This document shows, in pieces, positions 51,034 to 60,428 of a stretch of 64,000 nt of DNA. Under the pieces are notes generated by a model that saw only the letters and a list, made by a program, of their open reading frames with translations, had not been told where the DNA came from and ran no database searches. The first letter of the stretch is position 1. The number at the start of each line of letters is the position of its first letter. The stretch comes from Candidatus Aminicenantes bacterium. Lineage in GTDB: Bacteria > Acidobacteriota > Aminicenantia > Aminicenantales > Saccharicenantaceae. The DNA is taken from positions 36,775 to 100,774 of the forward strand of contig CAWJKR010000013.1 of assembly GCA_963843505.1 (NCBI GenBank). The letters are read 5' to 3'. A program made the position numbers and the translations under genes.

Positions 51034-51435
51034 ACTTCCTCTCCTCTTACGGAATTTGTACATACCCGAAAGTCGGAATGTTCATTTTGCCCCGACAACT
51101 CCAAGTTTTGTGCCAACTTCGGAAAAACGGCCAAAACGGATCCTGAAACCGCCGTTTTTATTGAAAGGTCTATAGATGAGGGGATGGGCGGCCGTGTCAA
51201 GATCGGGTCGGCCTCCGGGGTGAGAAGAGGAATCCTGCCCTGGGGGAATCCCGTCCTCTAGGGCAGGACGGACAGCGCACGGGGCGGAAGATCCCGACCG
51301 CCCCCGGGGCCCGCCTTCGATGGATTTGGCGCGGGCGCCTCCCATGGGCATGAATCTTGCAAAACTTCCAGGGGGATAAGGTTTATTTATTCAGGGGCAG
51401 GAGGGATGATGGAAACGGCATCAGCGGCGGCGGGA

Positions 51436-51853
51436 CTAGCGGGCGTCGATCTGGAAGCGCGCCGAGGTCGTCTTGTCGCCGACCGTGATCTTGACCACGA
51501 TGATCCACGGGCCGGCCATGATCAGGTGCATGCTGATCGTGTAGGCGTCCTTCTTGAGCTTGGCCGGGGTCTTGTAGTTCATCGGCGCCATGCGGGGCAT
51601 GGGCGGCATGTAATAGTTCACCAGGACCTTGGCGTCCTTGAGGACGGCGCCGTCCTCGTCCGTGATCTGGAGCGCGAGGCCGTTGTCCCCGACGACGGGA
51701 GGATTGCGGTCGATGCGCAGCTCGACGTCGTAGGCTCCGGCCTTTTTCTTGAGCTCGAGGGTGGCGGCGCCGGCCGTCCCGATGAGAAAGCGCGCAGACG
51801 GCCAAGCAGACGAGCGCGCGACGGGCGATTCCTCGTTTTTCCCTGCCGGCCAT
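51436..51853 (-). CDS. FixH/YtkA-like periplasmic domain protein, one apparent frameshift
   Basis: MAGREKRGIARRALVCLAVCAL signal. Frame change at the AAA run 51787-51789. Then ...LELKKKAGAYDVELRIDRNPPVVGDNGLALQITDEDGAVLKDAKVLVNYYMPPMPRMAPMNY...YTISMHLIMAGPWIIVVKI, which matches the YtkA/FixH Ig-like pattern. Confidence 0.55.
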
Positions 51854-51920
51854 GCTTCATTTTACCCTGCCGCCGCGAACACCCGTCAAATCGGCGGGGT
51901 CGCGAAAAGCGGCCCCGGAC

Positions 51921-51950
51921 TTGGCCGACGGGCGATTTCCAAGGTATAAT
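51921..51950 (+). promoter_or_regulatory. sigma70-type promoter candidate (TTGGCC-N18-TATAAT) for the NosL-ABC cassette
   Basis: TTGGCC at 51921-51926 and a perfect TATAAT at 51945-51950, followed by AAGGAGG and the ATG at 51974. Confidence 0.5.
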
Positions 51951-51973
51951 CCGGATCCAAGGAGGCCGTGAGC

Positions 51974-52460
51974 ATGAGGAAAAGGATCGGCATCGCGCTC
52001 ATTCTGGCCGCGGCCGGCTTCCTCGCCGCCCAGGCCGTTCCCGATCAGGCCCGGCCGCCCGCCAAGCCGACCGCGGCGAACAAGTGCCCCGTCTGCGGCA
52101 TGTTCGTGGCCGGGTTCCCGGACTTCCTGGCCGCCGTCGTCTTCAGGGACGGCGCCACCGCCTACTTCGACGGCTGCAAGGACATGTTCCGCTTCCTCTT
52201 CGAGATGGACAAGTACGCGCCCGGACGCAAGCGCTCCGACATCGCCTCGGTCTGGGTGACGGATTATTACAGCCTCGGCTGGATCGACGGCGCCAAGGCC
52301 GTCTATGTCCGGGGGAGCGACATCCTCGGCCCGATGGGCCGGGAGCTCATCCCGTTCGGAAAAGAGGCGGAGGCGAAAGGGTTCATGAAGGACCACAAGG
52401 GCGAATCCCTCTTCCGCTTCGACCGAGGTCACGCCGGACGTCCTCAAGGGCGTCGATTGA
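51974..52460 (+). CDS. nosL: NosL-family protein (periplasmic copper-chaperone-like), apparent frameshift near the 3' end
   Basis: Signal peptide MRKRIGIALILAAAGFLAAQA. NosL hallmark KCPVCGMFVAGFPDFLAAVVFRDGATAYFDGCKDMF...WVTDYY. After SLFRFD the frame shifts at about 52423, giving the family-typical tail EVTPDVLKGVD and a stop at 52458-52460. The uncorrected ORF ends at 52465. Confidence 0.75.
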
Positions 52461-52461
52461 C

Positions 52462-52773
52462 ATGACGCGACGAACGAGGCTTTTCGGGCTGTTCATGCTC
52501 GGCCTCCTCGTCCTTTTCGGGCTGATGGCGGCCCATGCCGCGCTGTCCGTCCGGGGCGCCCGGACCGTCCTCCGCGAGGAGGCCCTTCTCGTCCGCCGCC
52601 TCGAGCTGACGGACCTCTGCCTGTCGACGGAGGCGAACTACACGCGCCATCTCTCGCTCGCGGACTTCCACACGGCCTTCCAGGACCACCCGCTCGCCCT
52701 GGAGCATTTTCCCTCGGGGGCCCTCCTCGGACCCTCCCCGCACTTGAGAAGGAGCCATGGCCAGCTGGATTGA
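52462..52773 (+). CDS. small bitopic membrane protein of unknown function (103 aa)
   Basis: ATG 2 nt after the corrected NosL stop. TM LFGLFMLGLLVLFGLMAAHAAL, then LELTDLCLSTEANYTRHLSLADFHTAFQDHPLALEHFPSG. Overlaps the FtsX-type gene start by 17 nt. It is embedded in ORF 51406..52773 of the track. Confidence 0.5.
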   Translation: MTRRTRLFGLFMLGLLVLFGLMAAHAALSVRGARTVLREEALLVRRLELTDLCLSTEANYTRHLSLADFHTAFQDHPLALEHFPSGALLGPSPHLRRSHGQLD

Positions 52774-53902
52774 CCGTCAGAAGAACGTCCTCGACTTCAC
52801 CCTGTCCTCGCTCCTGAGGCGGAAGGGAAAGAACCTGGCCCTGCTCGCCGTCTACACCCTTCTCGTCTTCCTGATGGCCTCGGTCATGCTGGCCACGTCC
52901 GCCATCAGGAAGGAGGCGTCCACCGTCCTCCGGGAAGCGCCCGAGATGGTCGTCCAGCGGACGGTCGCCGGACGGCAGGACCCCATCCCCCTGGCCTACC
53001 TCGAAAGGATCCGCGACATCGCCGGGGTCATCTCGAGCGACGGCCGGCTCTGGGGCTACTACTACGATCCCGTCGTCGGCGCCAACTACACGCTGCTCGT
53101 GCCGCGGGAGGACGAGCCGGACCCAGGGGACCGTCACGATCGGTCCCGGGCGTGGCCCGGGCCCGGATGGCCTCGCCGGGGGACACGCTGGAGTTCAAGG
53201 GCGCCTCGGGCGCGCTCGTCGAGCTCGTCGTCGGCGACATCCTGTCGACCGATTCGGAGCTCGTCGCCTCGGACCTGGTGCTCGTCTCGGCCGCGGATTT
53301 CAGGGCCATCTTCGGCCCGGCCGACGGACTGGCCACGGACCTCGTCGTCCGCGTGGCCAACCCGCGCGAGCTCCCGACGATCGCCCTGAAGATCGCCGAG
53401 CGCCTGCCGGACACCCGCATCATCCTCAGGGACGAGATGCTGAGGACCTACGACGCCGTGTTCAGCTGGCGGGGCGGCATCCTGGCCCTCCTTCTGTTCG
53501 GCGTCGTGCTCGCCTTCGTCATCGTCTCCTGGGACAAGGCCTCCGGCCTCAGCCAGGAGGAGCGCCGCGAGATCGGCGTCCTCAAGGCGGTCGGCTGGGA
53601 GACCTCGGACGTCATCCTGATGAAATTCTGGGAGGGCGCCGTCGTCTCGCTGTCCGCGTTCTTTCTCGGCGTCCTGCTGGCCTACGTCCACGTCTTCTTC
53701 TTTTCGGCGCGGCTCTTCGCGCCCGTGCTCAAGGGCTGGGCCGTCCTCTACCCCCAGTTCCGGCTCATCCCGTTCATCGACGCCTCCGCAGCTCACGGCC
53801 CTCTTTTTCCTGACGGTCGTTCCCTACGCCGTGGCCACGATCATCCCCTCGTGGCGGGCCTCCGTCACCGATCCCGACGCGGTCATGAAGGGGATCCGAT
53901 GA
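52757..53902 (+). CDS. MacB/FtsX-type ABC permease (4 TM + large periplasmic domain), two apparent frameshifts
   Basis: AAGGAG upstream. TM1 LALLAVYTLLVFLMASVMLA, about 220 aa of periplasmic domain, then the FtsX core ILALLLFGVVLAFVIVSW...EIGVLKAVGWETSDVILMKFWEG...LTALFFLTVVPYAVATIIPSWRASVTDPDAVMKG. Frame changes near 53135 and 53790. Confidence 0.75.
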
Positions 53903-54580
53903 TCGCGCTCGACAAGGCCGCGCAAGGTCTTCAGCCAGGGCAAGCCCAACGAGTTCGTCGCCCTTCACGAGACGAGCCTCGTCATCGAGGCCGACCGGCT
54001 GACCGTCATCCGGGGGCCCAGCGGCTCCGGCAAGACGACCCTGCTCAGCCTGATCGGCTGCATGACCCGGCCGACCTCGGGCCGGATCCACGTCCTCGGC
54101 CGCGAGATCACGAGCCTTCCGGAACGGTTCCTGACCGAGATCCGGCGCAAGACCTTCGGGTTCATCTTCCAGCAGTTCAACCTCATCCCCGGGCTGACGG
54201 CGCTCGAGAACGTCATCCTGCCCGCCTACCCGACGGGCGAGAGGCGCTCGTCCCTGGAGAAGCGGGCCGCCGGGCTCTTCGAGCTCTTCGACCTCGCGTC
54301 CAAGGCGAAGTCCCGGGTGGAATGGCTCTCCGGCGGCGAGGCCCAGCGCGTGACCATCGCCCGCGCCCTGATCAACGACCCGGCCGTCGTCATCGCCGAC
54401 GAGCCGACGGCCCACCTCGACACCAAGCTCTCCCGGGAGTTCATGGACACGATGGGCCGGCTCAGGGACGAGGGCCGCACGGTCCTGATCGCCAGCCACG
54501 ACCCCCTCGTCTACGAACACCCGGCCGTCGAGCGCGTCTTTCACATCCGCGACGGCCGGATCGACGGGGACGGCCGGTGA
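53899..54580 (+). CDS. ABC transporter ATP-binding protein (MacB/LolD-type), one apparent frameshift just after the start
   Basis: ATGA overlap with the permease stop. The frame changes near 53920. Then VIRGPSGSGKTTLL (Walker A), FIFQQFNLIPGLTALENV (Q-loop), [27 protein letters not shown], and ASHD. Confidence 0.85.
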
Positions 54581-55576
54581 TCTTCCATCCTCTCATCCTG
54601 GCCCTCTTCACGGCCTCCCTGCTGACGGGCTTCATGGTCGTCTACGCCGCCGTGTTCGGGGCCCAGATCCTGCGGCGGTGGGACCTGCGGAGCGGCAGCG
54701 AGCTCCAGCTCGGCCTCGAGCGGAAGACCTATCTCGTCTCGACGCTCCTGAGCTATGCCTTCGCGGCCGAGCTGCTGTCCCTGGCCCTGTTCGTGTTCAC
54801 GGCCGACCGGATCCACGGCTTCTTCGTCGGGGCCATGTGCGCCGCCGGCACCCTGAAGGTGAACGCGTTCGGCTACCCGGCCCTGCTTCTCAAGGGAACG
54901 AACGCGATCCTGGCCGGGCTCTGGCTCATCCTGAACGCGGCCGACAACAAGGGCTTCGACTATCCGCTCGTCCGGACGAAATACACATGGCTCCTGGCCG
55001 CTTCGCCGCTCATCCTGGCCGAGATCGTCCTTCAGGCGGCCTATTTCCTGCGGCTCGACCCGGACATCATCACCTCGTGCTGCAGCACCCTTTTCAGCCA
55101 GGGCGGGAGCTCTCTCGGCTCCGACCTGGCCTCGCTGCCCATGGGCCCGATGAGGGTCCTCTTCTTCTCGTGCGTCTTCCTCAGCGCGGCCGCCGGCGCC
55201 GTTTTCATCAAGACGGGCCGGGGCGGGGTTTTCTTGGGGGTCTCTATCCGGGGCGACGCTCGTCGTCTCCATCCTGGCCATCGTCTCCTTCATCTCGGTC
55301 TATATCTACGAGCTGCCGTCCCATCACTGCCCGTTCTGCGTCCTCCAATCCGGCTATCACTTCATCGGTTACCCGATCTACTTCAGCCTGTTCGGCGGGG
55401 CCATCGCCGGCCTCGGGGTGGGCATCCTTTCGCCCTTCCGGAAGGTCCCCAGCCTGTCCGCGGCCGTCCCCAAGCTCCAGAAGAAGCTGGCCATTGTCGC
55501 CGTGGCGTGCTTCCTCGTCCTGGCGGCGATCGTCATCGTCGCGATGGCGGCTTCCCACCTGGTCCTTCCGGGCTGA
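54577..55576 (+). CDS. polytopic (~9 TM) membrane protein with SCC and HHCPFC cysteine motifs, unknown family; one apparent frameshift
   Basis: GTGA overlap with the ATPase stop. VIFHPLILALFTASLLTGFMVVYAAVF.... Loop motifs IITSCCSTLFSQGG and YELPSHHCPFCVLQSGYHF. The frame changes near 55230-55240. Stop at 55574-55576. Confidence 0.55.
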
Positions 55577-58500
55577 GGCCGGCTCAGGCGGCCGGGCAGG
55601 GTCTTCTTGACCTCGAAATGCCATTTCCAGACCTCGTAGATCGCCGGATAGACGACGAGCTCGAGGAGGAATGAGGTGAAGATCCCGCCGATCAGCGGGG
55701 CGGTGATGCGCTTCATGACGTCCGCGCCGGCCCCGATCGACCACATGATGGGCACGAGCCCGATGAACGTCGTCGACACGGACATGAACTTGGGGCGCAG
55801 GCGCTTGACCGCGCCGTAGCGGATGGCGTCCTGGAGGTCGCCGAGGCTGCGCATCCGGCCCTCCGATCTTGGCCTGCTCGTAGGCCAGGTCGAGATAGAG
55901 GAGCATGAAGACGCCGGTCTCGGCGTCGACGCCGAGCAAGGCGATGAGCCCCACCCAGACGCCGATGCTCATGTTGTAGCCGAGGACATAGAGGAGCCAG
56001 AAGGCGCCGACCGCCGAGAAGGGCACGGCCAGCAGCACGATGGACGTCTTCGTGAGCGACCGGGTGTTGAGATAGAGGAGGAGGAAGATCAGGACGAGGG
56101 TGAGCGGGAGGACGACGCCGAGCCGCTTCCGGACCCGCTGCCATGACCTCGTATTGCCCGCTCCACGCCAGGGAATGCCCGGGGGGCAGGCGGACGCTCT
56201 TCCGCAAGAGCCTCGTCCGCCTCGCGGGTGTAGGTGCCCTCGTCGACGCCCGCGATGTCGACATAGACATAGCCCGTCAGCAGGCCGTTCTCGTTGCGGA
56301 TCATGGACGGCCCCGAGGCCAGCTTGATCGTCGCCAGCTGGGAGAGAGGGATCTGCCGGTCCGCCCCGGCCGGCGACCAGGACCCGGCCGAGCGCGTCCA
56401 GGTCGGCCCGGAAGTCCCGCATGTAGCGGATGTTCACCGGGTAGCGCTCGCGGCCCTCGATCGTCGTGGTGATGTTCTCGCCGCCGATGGCCCTCTGGAT
56501 GACCTCCTGGACGTCGTCGATGCTCAGGCCGTAGCGGGACAGGGCCTCGCGGTTCGCACTCGATGTCCAGGAAGTAGCCGCTGCCGGTCCTCTCGGCGAA
56601 GACGCTCCGGGTCCCCTCCAGCCGGTTGAGCGCCGCCTCGACCTGGGCGCCGATCTCCTCGATGGTGTCCAGGTCCGAGCCCGGAGATCTTGAGGCCCAC
56701 CGGGGTCCGCAGGCCCGTGCTCAGCATCTCGATGCGGCCGCGGATGGGCATCGTCCAGGAGTTGGCCAGGCCCGGCAGGGCCAGGGCCTCGTTCATCTGG
56801 TTGATCAGGTCCTCCTGGGAGATGTGGTCGGGGGTGAAATGCCGGAAGATCGACCGGGCCCAGCTCCGGGGCCCAGGAGGAATACCAGGTCCGGACCTTC
56901 CGCCACTCGCTCTTGGGCTTCAGCGTGACCACGGTCTCGAGCATCGAGAGGGGGGCGGGGTCGGTCGACGGTGTCGGCCCGGCCCGCCTTGCCCAGGACC
57001 CGGTCGACCTCGGGGAACTGCCGGATGATCCGGTCGCGTCACCTGGAGGATCTTCTGGGCCTCGGTGATCGAGATGCCCGGCATGGTCGTGGGCATGTAG
57101 AGGAGGGAGCCTTCCTCGAGGGGCGGCATGAACTCGGAGCCGAGCTGGAGGTAGACGGGGACCGTCGCCGACGACCAGCAGGACGGCCCCGCCGATGACC
57201 AGCCATTTCTTCCGCAGCGACCAGCGGACGACCGGATCGTAGATCTTCATCAGGAAGCGGCTGATGGGGTGCGCTGTCCTCGTCCCGGATCTTGCCGACC
57301 AGGACGGCGTTGGCCGAGCGGCAGAGCCAGCGCGGCCGGAAGCTGAAGTTCCTGGCGTGCGTGAACAGGACGCGCAGCGCCGGATCGAGGGTGATGACCA
57401 GGATGGCCGCGATGATCATGGACAGGTTCTTGGTGTAGGCCAGGGGCTTGAACAGGCGGCCTTCCTGGGCCTCGAGGGTCAGCACCGGCAGGAAGGAGAC
57501 GGCGATGACGAGGAGGGCGAAGAAGCTCGGCCGGGCGACCTGCTTGACGGCCCCGATGACGACCGCCCGGTCGTCTGCCGGGGCGGCCCGCCTTCTGCCA
57601 TTGCTCGAGCTTCTTGTGGGTCTGCTCGACGACGACGATCGCGGCGTCGTCCAGGGCGCCGATGGCGATGGCCAGGCCGCCGAGGGACATGATGTTGGCC
57701 GTGATCCCCAGCAGCCGGAAGGGGATGAAGGACAGCAGGACCGCGACCGGGATGGTGATGACCGGGATGAGCGCGCTGGGGATGTGCCAGAGGAAGAGGA
57801 AGATCATGAGGCTGACGGTGAGCAGGATCTGGAGGAGCGTCGACTTCAGGTTGCCGATGGACCGGTGGATGAGGTCGGACCGGTCATAGACCGGGACGAC
57901 CTTGACCCCGGCGGGCAGGCCCGGCCTCGACCTCGCTCGATCTTGGCCTTGACCCGGTCGATGACGTCGAGGGCGTTCTGGCCCTGCCGCATGACCACGA
58001 TGCCGGAGACGACCTCGCCCTGGCCGTCGAGCTCGGCGACCCCTCGCCGGATGTCGGGCCCCAGGGCGACGTTCCCGAGGTCCTTGATCCGGATCGGCGT
58101 GCCGCTCGGGCTGGCCGAAACGACGATGTCCTCGAAATCCTTCGATGGACTTCGCGTAGCCCCGGCCGCGGACCATGTATTCGGTCCCGCCGAACTCGAT
58201 CAGGCGCCCGCCGACCTCGGCGTTGCCCCGGCGCACGGCCTCGCGTCACCTGGCTGATGGTGATGCCGTAGGCCTGGAGACGGTTGGGGTCGAGGTTGAC
58301 CTGGTACTGCTTCCCGAAGCCGCCCACGGCCGCCACCTCGGCGACGCCCGGCACGGATTTGAGATGATACCTCAGATACCAGTCCTGGACGCGACCGGAG
58401 CTCGGCCAGATTGTAGCTCCGGGACTCGTCGACCAGCGCGTACTGGTAGATCCAGCCCAAGCCCGGTCGCGTCGGGCCCCAGCTCGGTCTTGGCCCCCTC

Positions 58501-58864
58501 GGGGAGCTGGGAGAGGACGGGAGAGAGATATTCCAGGGTCCGGGAGCGGGCCCAGTAGATGTCGGTGCCCTCCTCGAAGATGACGTAGACGTAGGAATAG
58601 CCGAAGTCCGAGAAGCCGCGGACCGACTCGACCCGGGGCGCCCCGAGCATGGCCGAGACGATCGGGTAGGTCAGCTGGTCCTCGACGATGTCGGGGCTGC
58701 GGTCCCAGCGGGAGAAGATGATGACCTGGGTGTCGCTCAGGTCGGGGATGGCGTCGAGCGACATGGTTCTGGATGGACCAGACCCCGGCCAGGCAGGCCG
58801 CCGCCAGGGCGGCGATGACCAGGATCTTGTTGTTGACCGAGAAATCGATGATGCGGTCGATCAT
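55378..58864 (-). pseudogene. cusA: CusA/CzcA-family heavy-metal efflux RND pump (Cu(I)/Ag(I) type); about 10+ apparent frameshifts
   Basis: Near-colinear resemblance to E. coli CusA: [16 protein letters not shown]..., [171 protein letters not shown]...GAGADVMKRITAPLIGG. The true stop is probably near 55590; the frame runs on to 55378 antisense to the neighbouring gene. Confidence 0.85.
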
Positions 58865-60236
58865 TTTTCGGCTGCCGCGGAGTCGCTTTCCCGGCCGATG
58901 TATTTCCGGGGATCCTTCTCGAAGAGCTCCCGGCATTCGTCGGAGCGGAAATAATAGGTCTTCCCCTCATAGACGGCTCGTTCTTCCCGCCTCTTCGGCC
59001 TTGCCTGATGGAAACCGGGCGTGCCGCAGACCGGGTCCAGGCTCAGGTTGCCCGTCATCCCCGCGGCGGCCAGCTCCATCCGGCTCTCGGAGTCGATCAG
59101 GAAGGTGCCCGAGACGACGATCCGCTCTCCGGGCTCGAGGCCCTTGACGATCTCGACCGTGTTGCCCAGCCGCCGGCCGATCTCGACCTCCCGGGGCTCG
59201 AAAAAGCCGCCGCCCCGGTCGACGAAGACCGTCTTCTTGAGCCCCGTATCGAGGATGGCGTCGGTGGGCACGGCCAGCGTGGCCTCGAGCGTCACGGGCA
59301 GCTCGACGTCGACGAACATGTCCGGACGGAGGACGTACCCCGGGTTGTCCGCCTCCAGCCGGACCTTCATCGTCCGGCGTGGACGGGATCGAAGAGGGGC
59401 AGGACGTTGCTGACCACGGCTTCGAAGACCGTGTTCTGGCCGGCCAGCGAGATCATGGGCCTGGCCCCCGGCTTGAGGTACTGCGTTTCGTTCTCGAAGA
59501 CGTCGAGATAGGATCCAGACGCGGCTCAGGTCGGCGATCCGGAAGAACTCCGTCCCCTGGACGAACTTGAGCCCCAGGAAGATGTTCCGCGCGACGACGA
59601 TGCCGGTCGCCGGGGAGCGCATCTCGATCTGCTGGACGCGGCTCTTGGTCTTGGCGATCTCGTCCATCTGCAGGTCGCTCATGCCCAGGTTGTGGAGGGC
59701 GTCCCGGGCCTGCTGGACGCTGACCTCGACGGAGTTGACCTGGGAGGGCAGGGCCGCCCCCTCGCTCTTCAGCCGGTCGAGAGTGTTGAGGCTGTAGACG
59801 TAGGCCTGTTGGGCGCCCAGGACCTCGGGGGCGTAGATAGGTGGCCAGGACCTCGTCCTTCTTGACCATGGCCCCCGGGGTCACGGTGGAGATCCCCATG
59901 ACCCAGCCGGCGGTCGCGGCGTTGATGATGTAGAGCCGGGTCTCGTCGGCGGCCACCCTTCCGAGCACGCGGAGGGTATGGCTCACGGGCTCCTTTCTGA
60001 CCTCGGCGACGCGAATGCCGACGAGCTGGCGCTTTTCGGGGCTGACGTTCACCGTGCCGGGGGCCAGATCCCCCTCGTCCATCCCGGCGAGATCGGCGGC
60101 AGCCGGGGCGGCCTCGGCCTCGCCCTGGGGATTTCCGGCTGCGGGGAGCCCCTTATGGCCCACCCTCGAACCCGCCCAGAAGGCGACGGCCGCCAGGAGC
60201 AGCCAGCGCCAAGATCATCAACGCCGTTCTTTTCAT
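58861..60236 (-). pseudogene. cusB: CusB-type periplasmic adaptor (membrane fusion protein) with C-terminal YHS/TRASH-like metal-binding domain; about 3-4 apparent frameshifts
   Basis: MKRTALMILALA... signal. MFP core: VNVSPEKRQLVGIRVAEV, RLYIINAATAGWV, VVARNIFLGLKFVQGTEFFRIADLSRVWI, VFVDRGGGFFEPREVEIGRRLGNTVEIVKGLEPGERIVVSGTFLIDSE. Tail DPVCG...YEGKTYYFRSDECRELFEKDPRKY. ATGA overlap with the cusA start. Confidence 0.75.
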
Positions 60237-60428
60237 AGCGGACCCCTAAATTTTGGACTTGAGAGCCGGATCCAGGGCCGGGCCTCTCCGCCGCCGCGAG
60301 GCGAGGCCTTGCGAAAAAGGGAAGGACCGAAAGAGCCCGATGTCCCGGCCAGATGAGCCATTTATCCGTTGAAGATAGCAGAATCGAACCCGGAAACTCA
60401 AGAGGTGCTTCGCTTCCCTCCGTCAACT

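Noticed and set aside
60370-60425. tRNA-like T-arm motif (GGGTTCGATTC on the minus strand; GAATCGAACCC on the plus strand) in the MCO-2 / cusB spacer.
   Set aside because: The flanking bases do not form a T-stem (CCGGG against CTGCT). There is no 7-bp acceptor stem, only GTTGA/TCAAC, and no D-arm or anticodon-arm geometry. It is most likely a chance match, or at best a degenerate fragment.
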